Shown here: positions 26,541-36,186 of the stretch, one piece after another | Layout of the letters: each line of letters opens with the position of its first letter | Numbering within the stretch: the stretch's first letter is position 1 | DNA from: a virus | Taxonomy: Duplodnaviria > Caudoviricetes | Virus record (IMG/VR): IMGVR_UViG_3300020533_000001 | Coordinates: 1 to 56,247 of that record | DNA length: 56,247 nucleotides | Strand: one strand, 5' to 3' | The notes under the pieces: model-generated | What the model was told of the DNA's origin: nothing | Databases searched by the model: none | Seen by the model: the letters and a program-made list of their open reading frames with translations, nothing else | Made by a program: the position numbers and the translations under genes

Positions 26541-28031
26541 ATGTCGCAACAAGCGTCTGGGACCCCGCCCAAAGTTGATCTCAACGATCCGCTGATCAAG
26601 GAGCTAAATAAGCTACCGCTGCCGGATTTGTTGGCATACAAGAGCCGGTTGGAGTGGGCGAGTAAACGTCACAAACACCAAAAGCCGCCGAAGGGTGATT
26701 GGACTGTGTGGTTGATGCTCGCTGGTCGTGGCGCGGGTAAGACTCGTGCGGCAGCGGAGTGGGTGTGGTGGCAGGCGTACAAAGCGCCGGAAACGAGATG
26801 GTTGGTTTGCGCACCGACCTCGGCTGACATTCGCGACACTTGCTTTGAGGGTGATTCCGGTTTGATCTCGGTCATGCCGGAGAAAATCGTGGGCGAATAC
26901 AACCGCTCGCTCTCGGAGATTATTTTAACCAATGGGTCCCTGATCAAAGGGATCAGCGCGGAGACTCCCGACCGGCTCCGTGGTGGTCAGTGGCATGGTG
27001 CGTGGACGGACGAGCTGGCTGCGTGGCAGTACGACCAAGAAGCGTGGGACATGATTATGTTTGCGCTACGTCTAGGGTCCCATCCACGAATCGTTGCCAC
27101 CACCACTCCGAAGCCCAAAGCCCTCATTAGAGACTTGGTGGAGCGTGACGGAGCCGATGTACACGTTACCCGCGCCAGTACTTACGAGAACATCGCGAAT
27201 CTGGCTCCGACTTTCCAGCAACAGCTCTTGAAGTTTGAGGGCACGACGCTCGGACGGCAGGAAATTCACGCAGAAGTACTCAATCCCGAAGAGCAGGGCA
27301 TCATCAAGCGCCCTTGGGTTCAGCTCTGGCCAGCGAAAAAGCCCCTGCCCATACTGGAACACATCGTGATGAGCCTAGATACGGCCTTTACGGAGCAGAC
27401 TCGCGACAAGAAAACCTCAGATTCCGACCCCAGTGCGTGTGTGGTACTCGGACTTTTCTACGAAAACGAGAAACCGAACATCATTTTGCTGGATTGCTGG
27501 GAAGATCGGCTTGGAATGCCGGATTTGATCCAGCGAGTGAAGCGGGAGATGGAGGTTTTCTACGGCGACGATGAGCAAAAGCCGATGATTAAGCCGAAAT
27601 TCGGTCCCGGTCGCATGTTAAACACCGGAAGAAAGCCCGATACCATCGTGATCGAAGACAAAGGCAGCGGAATTTCGCTTCGGCAGATGCTGGCACGCGA
27701 GGGAATCATTGCTCACGCCTACAATCCGGGCAAAGCGAGCAAATTGACGCGATTGCACATGGTTTCGCACCTATTTTCGGCTGGGATGGTGTGGTTTGTG
27801 GAGTCTGATAAGCGAAAAGGACAGATTCGCTCGTGGGCGGAGCCATTGTTGTATCAACTGTGCTCGTTTTCGGGTGAGGGAACCATCAAGCATGACGATT
27901 TGATGGACGCTTGCACCCAAGGTTTACGTTTCCTTGCCGATAAAGATATGATAAGCGTGAGTAAGCCTAAGCCGTTGCAGCCTAGGATGATTGTGAACGA
28001 GCGCCCAAGAGGTAATCCGTATGGCGTCTAA
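26541..28031 (+). CDS. Terminase large subunit
   Basis: AGRGAGKT, LRG, WTDE, TTTP, nuclease SLDTA..IEDKGSG..HDDLMDA. Confidence 0.95.
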   Translation: MSQQASGTPPKVDLNDPLIKELNKLPLPDLLAYKSRLEWASKRHKHQKPPKGDWTVWLMLAGRGAGKTRAAAEWVWWQAYKAPETRWLVCAPTSADIRDTCFEGDSGLISVMPEKIVGEYNRSLSEIILTNGSLIKGISAETPDRLRGGQWHGAWTDELAAWQYDQEAWDMIMFALRLGSHPRIVATTTPKPKALIRDLVERDGADVHVTRASTYENIANLAPTFQQQLLKFEGTTLGRQEIHAEVLNPEEQGIIKRPWVQLWPAKKPLPILEHIVMSLDTAFTEQTRDKKTSDSDPSACVVLGLFYENEKPNIILLDCWEDRLGMPDLIQRVKREMEVFYGDDEQKPMIKPKFGPGRMLNTGRKPDTIVIEDKGSGISLRQMLAREGIIAHAYNPGKASKLTRLHMVSHLFSAGMVWFVESDKRKGQIRSWAEPLLYQLCSFSGEGTIKHDDLMDACTQGLRFLADKDMISVSKPKPLQPRMIVNERPRGNPYGV

Positions 28032-28722
28032 ATATGGCAAGTTTGGATTCAAGCGTTTTTCCGAGGGTGGCCTTGGTTACGAGGAAGATCCGCCGGAGTT
28101 TCGCGCAGATCGTAAAGGCGAGGCAGCTCGCAAGTCTGTTATCAAGAAGTCCAACGAGATTAAGGCTGTTGAGAGCAAGAAAGAGAGTGCTCGCGGCCCG
28201 TCTACTCGTAAGAGCTTCGGCACTAAGTCTGAATCTCGTGTTTCCAGAAAAGAAACGGGACTTCCGAGTGATCGCGCTACTGGCTATCGCAGCCAAGTAG
28301 AAGAAACCGGCATGACTGCTGAAGAGCGCAAAAACTTGGTTAAGAGTGGCGCTTTGGCTGCGGCTTCGATGCTCCCGGCTGGTCGTGCTTTGAGGGCTGG
28401 TGATAAGGCGTATGATGCCGCCAAGGCCGCTAAGGCTGCGCAGAAAGCAGAAGATGCTGTTGTGGAAAAGGCTGCGCGTGGATTGTCGCGTCGTGATATG
28501 CCGAGCTACTCCGAAAGATACCGTGCCCGTAAGCGAGCCGAGGAGCAAAGGGCTGCTAAGCGTGAAGGCCGAGAGCCTAGAGACATTCCAGATTGGCGCG
28601 GCAATATAGACGTAGCAACTGGTAAGCCGGGGCCGGGACAAGGGTTTAGAGACAACGAAGTCTTTAAGAAAGGCGGCGCTGTGCGCAGTAAGAAGTCCAA
28701 GAGCTATTTTTCTAATTACTAA
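28021..28722 (+). CDS. Basic, low-complexity putative internal virion protein
   Basis: K/R rich; FSEGG and FKKGG motifs near both ends; between terL and portal. Confidence 0.7.
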   Translation: MASKYGKFGFKRFSEGGLGYEEDPPEFRADRKGEAARKSVIKKSNEIKAVESKKESARGPSTRKSFGTKSESRVSRKETGLPSDRATGYRSQVEETGMTAEERKNLVKSGALAAASMLPAGRALRAGDKAYDAAKAAKAAQKAEDAVVEKAARGLSRRDMPSYSERYRARKRAEEQRAAKREGREPRDIPDWRGNIDVATGKPGPGQGFRDNEVFKKGGAVRSKKSKSYFSNY

Positions 28723-31256
28723 TGGTGAGCGCCATGTCATCTGAGCCAAACGATCTGGACGAAGCCCAAGAAGACCTTGGTGAGATGTTTGAACTCCCTG
28801 AGGAGATCTCAGACGTTGAAGACACCGAGGATGGTGGGGCGATTGTTCGTTTTGGTGAAGATGAAGAAGAGCCGGAGGGTGAGCGCGAGTTCTATATGAA
28901 CTTAGCCGAGAAGCTCCCTGAAGGCGTCATGGACGAGGTGGCTCAAGACTTCTTGGGTCTAATTGCGAAGGACAAAGAGGCGCGTAAGAAGCGCGATGAG
29001 CAGTACGAAGAAGGAATCCGACGCACAGGACTTGGTGACGATGCACCGGGCGGCGCTCAGTTTCAGGGCGCAAGTCGGGTCGTTCATCCCATGCTCACTG
29101 AAGTCTGCGTGGACTTCTCTGCCCGAGCTATTAAAGAGCTTTTCCCACCCGAAGGACCAGCCAAAGATCACATCGTAGGCGACGAGACGGCCGACAAGGT
29201 AGCCAAAGCCCAGCGCAAGACGCGGTATCTGAACTGGCAGATGACCCAGCAGATGCCGGAGTTCCGGGCAGAGCTAGAGCAGTTGCTCACTCAGGTTCCA
29301 CTTGGTGGCGCTCAGTATCTCAAGCTTTCTTACGATCCGAACAAGAAGCGACCGGTGCCCCTCTTTATCGGCATCGACGATGTGTACCTGCCCTATGCGG
29401 CAACGAACTTTTATTCGGCAGAGCGCAAGACGCACGTTCAGTACGTAACGGAGATTGAGTATCTCCAGCGCGTGAAGTCGGAGATGTACCGGGATGTGGA
29501 TCTCGCTCCGACGACGATGGAGCCGGATGTTTCGAAGGCTGAGAAAGCCAACAACAAGATCGAAGGCCGTGATGGCAGCGCGTATGACGTTGATGGTCTG
29601 CGCACGATCTTTGAGATTTACGCCATTGCCGACATCGAAGAGGAATATGGACTCGCTCCGTATATCTTCTCCATCGACAAAGTGACGGGTAAAGTCCTCG
29701 CCGTTTATCGCAACTGGGAAGAGGGCGACGAGACGCTGCAAGAGATGCAGTGGATTGTGGAGTTCCCGTTTGTGCCGTGGCGCGGTGCGTATCCCATCGG
29801 TATCCCGCAGATGATTGGCGGTATCTCAGCAGCGGCGACGGGTGCTTTACGGGCGCTTTTGGATTCTGCTCATATCGCGAACTTCCCCGGCATGTTGAAG
29901 CTCAAGGGCGGTCGTGAAGGCGGTCAGTCCGAGCGTATTGATCCGACCGAGGTCAAAGAGATTGAGGGTGGTGCGTTTAGCGATGACATCCGCAAGATTG
30001 CGATGCCGTTGCCGTTCAATCAGCCCTCGCCGGTTCTGTATCAGCTCCTAGGATTCTTGGTTGATGCGGGTAAGGGCGTTGTTCGCACTACCTTAGAGGA
30101 CATTGCCGACAATCAGGGCAATATGCCGGTTGGCACGCAGTTGGCGCGTATTGAGCAGGGCATGGTGGTGTTTAACGCCATTCACGCTCGCTTGCATGAT
30201 GCGATGGGTCGCACGCTCAAAGTGTTGCACCGCATCAACGCGATGTATCTGGAGAACGACGAGGTTAAGGACGAAACCGGGCAGTTGCTCGTTCGCCGTT
30301 CTGACTTTGAAGGCCCGATGGATGTGGTGCCGGTTTCGGACCCAAACATCTTCTCTGAAGCCCAGCGTTTTGCTCAGGTTCAGGCGCTTTCCCAACGTGC
30401 GATGGCGCTCCCTCAGGTCTACAACATTCGCAAAGTCGAAGAGCGCATTCTTCAGCAACTACGGGTTCCGAACGCCAAGGAACTGCTCGTTGCAGCTCCC
30501 GAGCCGAAGGAGATGAATGCGATCAATGAGAACGTCGCAGCGACGTTGGGTCGTCCGGTGTCGGCATTCCCAGAGCAGGACCATCTTGCTCACTTGCAAG
30601 TGCATTTGGACTATTTGACCAGTCCCATTTTGGGATCTTCAATGCTGATGGCTCCGACTTTTGTTCCGGGCATCTTGAATCACATCAAGGAGCATATTGC
30701 GCTGTGGTACGCGACTCATGTGTTTGAAGTCGCCTCTAAGGCAGCGGGTCAAGACATCAGCGAGTTCCAGAAGATCCGAGACGTTGAGGTCAAGAAGAGC
30801 TTTGACCAGCTTTTGGCTGCGGCTTCGCAGAAGGTCGTTCCGAATGCCTCGCAGGCGTTTGGCGCTATTCCGCAGATCGTGCAGCAGGCCATGGGTATGT
30901 TGCAGCAGCTCTCGGGTATGAACGCGCCGCAAGACCCGCGTATGGCAGCTCAGATGGCTGAGACGCAGCGTAAAGCTCAGGCCGATCAAGCCTCGTTGCA
31001 AGTCAAACAGGCCGAGTTGCAGCTTGAACAGGCGAAGGCCCAGCAGGCAGCAGCGGAAACCGCGCAGCGTCAGTCGGATAACCTCAAGCGCGAGATGATC
31101 AAGCAAGATCGCCTTGATAACCGTCAGGCTGCGGAGCTTGAAGTTAAGATGACGACGAACCGTGAAGACAACGATACGGCGAAGCAAATTGCCGCGATGG
31201 AAGCGATCACGGGCGAGAAGGTGGGTGTTTCAACGGGTACGGGTATTAATCCTTAA
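28722..31256 (+). CDS. Portal protein with long C-terminal coiled coil (alternative start 28734)
   Basis: Position after terL; GASRVVHPML, LLDSAHIANFPG; Gln-rich barrel-like tail. Confidence 0.9.
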   Translation: MVSAMSSEPNDLDEAQEDLGEMFELPEEISDVEDTEDGGAIVRFGEDEEEPEGEREFYMNLAEKLPEGVMDEVAQDFLGLIAKDKEARKKRDEQYEEGIRRTGLGDDAPGGAQFQGASRVVHPMLTEVCVDFSARAIKELFPPEGPAKDHIVGDETADKVAKAQRKTRYLNWQMTQQMPEFRAELEQLLTQVPLGGAQYLKLSYDPNKKRPVPLFIGIDDVYLPYAATNFYSAERKTHVQYVTEIEYLQRVKSEMYRDVDLAPTTMEPDVSKAEKANNKIEGRDGSAYDVDGLRTIFEIYAIADIEEEYGLAPYIFSIDKVTGKVLAVYRNWEEGDETLQEMQWIVEFPFVPWRGAYPIGIPQMIGGISAAATGALRALLDSAHIANFPGMLKLKGGREGGQSERIDPTEVKEIEGGAFSDDIRKIAMPLPFNQPSPVLYQLLGFLVDAGKGVVRTTLEDIADNQGNMPVGTQLARIEQGMVVFNAIHARLHDAMGRTLKVLHRINAMYLENDEVKDETGQLLVRRSDFEGPMDVVPVSDPNIFSEAQRFAQVQALSQRAMALPQVYNIRKVEERILQQLRVPNAKELLVAAPEPKEMNAINENVAATLGRPVSAFPEQDHLAHLQVHLDYLTSPILGSSMLMAPTFVPGILNHIKEHIALWYATHVFEVASKAAGQDISEFQKIRDVEVKKSFDQLLAAASQKVVPNASQAFGAIPQIVQQAMGMLQQLSGMNAPQDPRMAAQMAETQRKAQADQASLQVKQAELQLEQAKAQQAAAETAQRQSDNLKREMIKQDRLDNRQAAELEVKMTTNREDNDTAKQIAAMEAITGEKVGVSTGTGINP

Positions 31257-31268
31257 ACGGGGTGAGTT

Positions 31269-31439
31269 ATGGAAAAGCAATTCATTAAGCAGCACAAGTT
31301 GCTCGCGATGGGCGTGAAATTGGACGGTCAGAAGATGCCTTCTGGCGGAAAGATGGGAGCTGATACTGGCTCAAAGGGTGTTAAGGGCGACCCTAAGGCA
31401 ACGCCTGCAATGATCTCAAAGGGTAAACAAAACGCATGA
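31269..31439 (+). CDS. 56-aa basic protein (not in ORF track)
   Basis: MEKQFIKQHKLLAMG..MPSGGK; SD GGTGAG; ATGA-coupled. Confidence 0.65.
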   Translation: MEKQFIKQHKLLAMGVKLDGQKMPSGGKMGADTGSKGVKGDPKATPAMISKGKQNA

Positions 31440-31633
31440 TTGAACGCATCATTGACGAATTGGAGTTGGCCAAGGCTCGCGTTGCACACGACGCGATGAA
31501 GCGGCAACTGGAAGGTAAGGATGCTTCGTTTGAATATGGCAAGGCAGTGGGCACTTACGCCGGGTTGCAGGCCGCATTAACTTATATTGATCGTCTTCTC
31601 AAAGCTGACGAGGAAGACGGAGAGGAGTTCTAA
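31436..31633 (+). CDS. Conserved small head-module protein
   Basis: FEYGKAVGTYAGL..A motif directly upstream of groES. Confidence 0.75.
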   Translation: MIERIIDELELAKARVAHDAMKRQLEGKDASFEYGKAVGTYAGLQAALTYIDRLLKADEEDGEEF

Positions 31634-32032
31634 ATGTCTAGTTTGGAAGAGGCTTTTCCTAGTGTAGAGCCGGGTTTGATTCCGTTTGGTTCGCGAGTCC
31701 TCGTGCAGATTCGCTCAGCAAAAAAGACTTCTGCTGGTGGCATTATTTTGCATACCGAAACTCGTGAGACAGAGATCTGGAATACTCAGATCGCAAAAGT
31801 TGTAAAGCTTGGGCCGTTGGCCTTCAAGAATCGCAACACGATGGAATCTTGGCCGGAAGGTAATTGGTGCAAAGAGGGCGAATTCGTCCGTGTACCAAAG
31901 TACGGCGGTGATCGTTGGAAGGTGCCCTTTGGCAACGACGGGGAAGAAGAAGCCCTGTTTGTAATCTTTAACGATCTCGACATCGTGGGTGGTGTAGTGG
32001 GTGACCCGCTTGCCATCAAAGCGTTTATCTGA
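31634..32032 (+). CDS. groES: GroES-like co-chaperonin
   Basis: PFGSRVLV, KTSAGGIIL mobile loop, VVKLGP, KYGG, IFNDLDI. Confidence 0.87.
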   Translation: MSSLEEAFPSVEPGLIPFGSRVLVQIRSAKKTSAGGIILHTETRETEIWNTQIAKVVKLGPLAFKNRNTMESWPEGNWCKEGEFVRVPKYGGDRWKVPFGNDGEEEALFVIFNDLDIVGGVVGDPLAIKAFI

Positions 32033-32042
32033 GGGTTAAATC

Positions 32043-33056
32043 ATGGCTAAAGACAACGTGTTATCAGAAGATGATGACAAGGGAGTGGAAGAATATGTGG
32101 CAGTTGAAACTCCTGTGGATCAACCTGAAGTGGAAGGTGAAGAGCCTTCTGGGCAAGTTGCGCAAGGATCAGATGATAGTGACGCCGACTCCGACGACGA
32201 CTATCAAGAAGACGCCCGACTCTCCGAAGAAGATTCTGAAGAAGATGAAGGCAAAGGCTCGAAAAAGCAGCTAACGCCTGAAGAGAAGCGTGCTCAGCGT
32301 CAGAACCGCAAGTTCCGTCGTCGTGCTGCAATCGAGCACAAAGAGCGCGAGCTGGCGTTCCTGCGTGCGGAGAATGAGGAGTTCAAGCGCCGCTTATCAA
32401 GCGTCGAAAAGCAGACTTCTCAGTTCAATCTCAGTGCGGTTGACCAGAAGCTGAACGAGGCTCTTAACGAAGCCCAGTTAGCTGAGCGCATCATGGCAAA
32501 GGCCATTGAGCAGGGTCAGGGCGAAGATGTCACCAAGGCACTTCAGATCCGTGATCAGGCTTTAGAGCGTGCGCGTCAATTGAAAGCGGTGAAGGAAGAG
32601 GCTGAGAAGCCCCGCCAACCGGCTAAGCCCCAGAAAGATCCCCGCGTGGCTGCGTATGCCCAAGAGTGGGTTCAGGCCAACAACTGGTACGACCCGTCCG
32701 GCAAGGATGAGGATTCGGCCATTGTGAAGGTCATCGACCAGCGTCTTGCCGCTGAGGGCTTTAACCCGGCTTCGGAAGATTACTGGATTGAGCTGGATAA
32801 CCGCGTAGCAAAGCGTCTACCGCACCGATATGCAGAGGATACCCCGATGGAAAAAGCCAAACCGGCTGCGAAACGGGGCGGTCCCCCGGTGGGTGGTAAG
32901 CGCGAATATGCCGCGCCGTCTACCCGAAAAGAGGTTTATATCAGCCCTGAGCGCAAGCAGGCGCTCATAGATGCAGGCGTCTGGGATAACCCAGAGTTGC
33001 GTCAACGCTACATAAAGCGTTATGCTGAATATGATCGTAATTCTTCTTCTCGCTAA
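32043..33056 (+). CDS. Capsid scaffolding protein
   Basis: Acidic N-terminus, long coiled coil, position before capsid genes. Confidence 0.75.
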   Translation: MAKDNVLSEDDDKGVEEYVAVETPVDQPEVEGEEPSGQVAQGSDDSDADSDDDYQEDARLSEEDSEEDEGKGSKKQLTPEEKRAQRQNRKFRRRAAIEHKERELAFLRAENEEFKRRLSSVEKQTSQFNLSAVDQKLNEALNEAQLAERIMAKAIEQGQGEDVTKALQIRDQALERARQLKAVKEEAEKPRQPAKPQKDPRVAAYAQEWVQANNWYDPSGKDEDSAIVKVIDQRLAAEGFNPASEDYWIELDNRVAKRLPHRYAEDTPMEKAKPAAKRGGPPVGGKREYAAPSTRKEVYISPERKQALIDAGVWDNPELRQRYIKRYAEYDRNSSSR

Positions 33057-33074
33057 AAAAGGGAGCGAGTTATC

Positions 33075-33611
33075 ATGAGCGACGAAAGACTGAAGAAAGT
33101 TCTTGGCGAAGGGCGGGAAAATCGGCTTGCGTATGATCGCGCAGCAACTGAGAACCGAGAGTTGTCAGACGATGCCCGAGTTGAGATGTTTCGACAGCAG
33201 TTTATTCAGGCCGCGTTGCCTGATCTGCCAAAGATTCCGGGTTACCACACTTGCTGGTTGACCACCACAAATCCGAGAGATTCGATTCAGGCTCGCATTC
33301 GGCTGGGTTATGAGCCGATTAAACCCGAAGAGGTTCCCGGTTGGGAATACTGTTCGATTAAGACTGGCGAATGGACAGGTTTTGTTGGAGTCAACGAGAT
33401 GCTTGCGTTCAAGCTTCCTCTTTCGCTGTACAAAAAGTACATGCAGGCGGTGCACTTCGATGCCCCCAATGAGGAAGAAGAACGGCTGGTCGGCACGAAT
33501 GAGCGTATGCGTGAGCAGGCTGAACGTGCTGGTTCAAGAGTGGACGAAGGTGATGGCATGTCGGCAATACGGGATTCCGCTAAGGTACGCGCACCAATAG
33601 AGTGGGCGTAA
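33075..33611 (+). CDS. Conserved head-module protein
   Basis: LPDLPKIPGYHTCW..R..LGYEP. Confidence 0.75.
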   Translation: MSDERLKKVLGEGRENRLAYDRAATENRELSDDARVEMFRQQFIQAALPDLPKIPGYHTCWLTTTNPRDSIQARIRLGYEPIKPEEVPGWEYCSIKTGEWTGFVGVNEMLAFKLPLSLYKKYMQAVHFDAPNEEEERLVGTNERMREQAERAGSRVDEGDGMSAIRDSAKVRAPIEWA

Positions 33612-33642
33612 TTAGCAATTACGTTTTGTGAGGATTTAAATT

Positions 33643-34203
33643 ATGCCTTCGACCAGTGCAGCTTTTGGCCTGCGTCCGGCTTTTCATCCGTCGGGAGTTG
33701 TTCGTCCCGTCGCGATGACTATTGAGTCGGGCTACAACGCCAACATTCTCCAGTTCCAGCCAGTCCTGATTAGTGCCACGGGCAACATTCAGGCTGCTGG
33801 TGCCAGTACCCCGTTCGTGGGTTCGTTCATGGGTGTCGAGTTCACCGATACCGATGGTCGCCGCCGCGTTAGCAACAAGTGGACCGCTGGCACTTCTGCC
33901 ACGGACATCATTGCTTATGTGACGACCGATCCGGCTATCGTCTACGAGATCCAATCGGATGCGACCTTGACGATTGCGGATATTGGTTCCCAGATGGACT
34001 TTGACAGTGTGACCGCTGGTAGCACGACGACTGGCCTCTCTGCGGCTATGTTGGACGTTGCTTCCAAGACCACTTCGGGAAGCGCTCTTTGCCGTGTTGT
34101 TAACCTCCAGCCGGATGTCAACAACAACTGGGGAGACGCTTATGTCGTTGTTCAAGTCCAGATCAGCGAGCACCAGTTTGTCGCTGACCGCGTAGCCATT
34201 TAA
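33643..34203 (+). CDS. Capsid decoration/cement-like protein
   Basis: AFGLRP..G.F.GVEFTD..DP..YEIQ; directly upstream of the major capsid gene. Confidence 0.7.
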   Translation: MPSTSAAFGLRPAFHPSGVVRPVAMTIESGYNANILQFQPVLISATGNIQAAGASTPFVGSFMGVEFTDTDGRRRVSNKWTAGTSATDIIAYVTTDPAIVYEIQSDATLTIADIGSQMDFDSVTAGSTTTGLSAAMLDVASKTTSGSALCRVVNLQPDVNNNWGDAYVVVQVQISEHQFVADRVAI

Positions 34204-34216
34204 GGAGGACTAGAAC

Positions 34217-35131
34217 ATGGCAGTCCCAATGCGTAGTACTGACTTTCGTTCCATCGTCGAGCCTATTCTTAACGAGGCTTTCGATGGCGTTTATGACCAG
34301 CGTGCTGACGAGTGGAAGCAAGTCTTCGTCCAGCAGCAGGGCATTCCCCGCAACTACCACGAAGAGCCGGTTCTGTACGGATTCGGCGCTGCTCCGGAAC
34401 TTCCGGACGGCACCGCTGTCACGTATGACGCTGGCGGCGTGCTCTTCTTGCAGCGTTACGTCTACAAGGTCTACGGCCTTGCGTTCGCGCTCACGAAGGT
34501 GCTCGTGGAAGATGGTGACCACATCCGTATCGGCCAGACCTATGCCAAGCACTTGGCGCAGTCGCTGATCGAAACGAAGGAAACCCTCTGCGCTAACGTG
34601 TTGAACCGCGCCTTCACGCCCGGCTTCAACGGTGGCGACGGCGTGACGCTGGTGAATACGGCTCACCCGATTGCTCAGGGTACGTTCAGCAACCAGCTGA
34701 CGACTCCGGCAAACCTGTCGCAGACCTCACTTGAGCAGATCCTCATCCAGATCCGCAACGCTGTTGACAACAACGGCAAGCGCATCCGTTTGAACCCGGA
34801 GAAGCTCGTTGTGTCGCCGTCGAACGTGTTCCAAGCGGAAGTGCTCTTGAAGAGCGTGCTCCGTACCGGCACGGCTGACAACGACATCAACCCGGTGAAG
34901 TCGATGGGCCTCCTCGCTGGCGGTCAGGCTAACCTGTCGCGTTTGACTTCGACCACTGCTTGGTGGGTGAAGACGGATGCTCCGGAAGGCTTGAAGTTGA
35001 TGATGCGTCGTGGTCTTGAGAAGTCAATGGAAGGTGACTTCGAGACTGATTCGACCAGATTTAAATCGACAGAGCGTTACGCAGTTGGGTTCACGGACCC
35101 GCGCACTGTGTACGGAACGGCTGGCGTTTAA
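34217..35131 (+). CDS. Major capsid protein (HK97 fold, Mu gpT-like)
   Basis: Strong SD AAGGAGG, highly biased codons, GGDGV.L..AHP, DFET..ERY..G.TDPR. Confidence 0.9.
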   Translation: MAVPMRSTDFRSIVEPILNEAFDGVYDQRADEWKQVFVQQQGIPRNYHEEPVLYGFGAAPELPDGTAVTYDAGGVLFLQRYVYKVYGLAFALTKVLVEDGDHIRIGQTYAKHLAQSLIETKETLCANVLNRAFTPGFNGGDGVTLVNTAHPIAQGTFSNQLTTPANLSQTSLEQILIQIRNAVDNNGKRIRLNPEKLVVSPSNVFQAEVLLKSVLRTGTADNDINPVKSMGLLAGGQANLSRLTSTTAWWVKTDAPEGLKLMMRRGLEKSMEGDFETDSTRFKSTERYAVGFTDPRTVYGTAGV

Positions 35132-35137
35132 GCCCTT

Positions 35138-35236
35138 GATTTGTAAGGAGTTTTTCTCCTAGACAAATCCTTGCCCGGCTCTGTGTGATGGAAGCCTACT
35201 TTGAAATAGGAAGCCGTCATGCAGCAGCCGGGCAAG
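35138..35236 (+). ncRNA. Tandem structured RNA hairpins downstream of the capsid gene
   Basis: GATTTGT/ACAAATC hairpin, then a long stem TTGCCCGGCT-CTGTGTGATGG / CCGTCATGCAG-AGCCGGGCAA with G-U pairs. Confidence 0.45.
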
Positions 35237-35244
35237 TTTTATGT

Positions 35245-35271
35245 GAGGGGCAACCGCCCCTTTCTTTTTTC
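35245..35271 (+). terminator. Rho-independent terminator
   Basis: GGGGC-AACC-GCCCC followed by TTTCTTTTTT. Confidence 0.8.
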
Positions 35272-35308
35272 TTGACGATGGCATAAACTACTTTAATGGA
35301 GGTTGTTC

Positions 35309-35899
35309 GTGCCATACGCTAATGAATTTGCTGGGATCTATAAAATTGTTAACAAGGCAAACGGTACTTGTTACGTAGGGCAATCTCAGCGTGTAAACAA
35401 GCGCATTCGCGAGCACTTCAGGCTTTTAAGGTTAAATAAACATCAAAACCCAAGACTTCAAAACGCCTATAACAAATACGGGCGCGAAAGCTTTGCATGG
35501 GAAATTGAAGCTGCCTGCGAAAATCCAGAAGATCTTGACATCATTGAGAACGCATTTTTTTCTGGAGACGCTTGGTTTGAAGAGCCTGTTTTCTACAACA
35601 TAGCTGCCTTCGCTAAGGCTCCGATGAGAAACAAACAGCACTCTGAAGAAGTGCGAAAGCGAATTAGAGCCGGAAGAAGAGCATGTGGGTTTGACTATCA
35701 ATCCGAGGAGTACAGGGCATCTCTTGTAAAGGCGCAACACGAAAGATTTTTTTCGAATCCACGATTTGTTGCAAAGGTCAAGTTTATAGTTGACAATCCT
35801 GACATGTCTTACGCTGAGCGTGCTCGTGCGCTTGGGAACGATATCAGCGCAGTCAGGAAGCTAGCGCTCAAGTATGGACATTTAAGAGGAGTTTTATAA
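35309..35899 (+). CDS. Free-standing GIY-YIG homing endonuclease with NUMOD3-like motif
   Basis: GIYKIVN..YVGQS..R..H..H.N..LQ.AYNKYG; KQHSEEVRKRI; SD GGAGG; AT-richer than flanks. Confidence 0.88.
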   Translation: MPYANEFAGIYKIVNKANGTCYVGQSQRVNKRIREHFRLLRLNKHQNPRLQNAYNKYGRESFAWEIEAACENPEDLDIIENAFFSGDAWFEEPVFYNIAAFAKAPMRNKQHSEEVRKRIRAGRRACGFDYQSEEYRASLVKAQHERFFSNPRFVAKVKFIVDNPDMSYAERARALGNDISAVRKLALKYGHLRGVL

Positions 35900-36132
35900 T
35901 GGCTCAGACACGATTTTCAGGTCCGGTTGTTTCGGACAATGGGTTCTCTGGCACCATCCTTTCTAACTCGGCCAACATCACCAATCTTGTTTGCAGCACG
36001 CTGACGATTGGTTCGACTCAGCTCACCAACGGTTCTGTGTCTGGCACGGTCGCCACTCAGGCGGGTCGCATTCCCGTTCTCGTTGGAAGCACCACGCTCT
36101 ACATCGCTCTGTACAGCAGCCTGACGCCGTAA
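35899..36132 (+). CDS. Small virion structural protein
   Basis: MAQTRFSGPV.S.NGF N-terminus; Thr/Ser rich. Confidence 0.7.
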   Translation: MAQTRFSGPVVSDNGFSGTILSNSANITNLVCSTLTIGSTQLTNGSVSGTVATQAGRIPVLVGSTTLYIALYSSLTP

Positions 36133-36136
36133 TGAC

Positions 36137-36160
36137 GAGGGGGCTTCGGCCCCCTTTTCT
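36137..36160 (+). terminator. Rho-independent terminator
   Basis: GAGGGGGC-TTCG-GCCCCCTTTT (cUUCGg loop). Confidence 0.88.
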
Positions 36161-36186
36161 CAATGTGATTGTGAGGGAAAGCAACC

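Noticed and set aside
35132-35899. Group I intron carrying the GIY-YIG gene
   Set aside because: The capsid ORF ends intact with a normal C-terminus and a terminator follows; I could not identify P/Q/R/S core elements.
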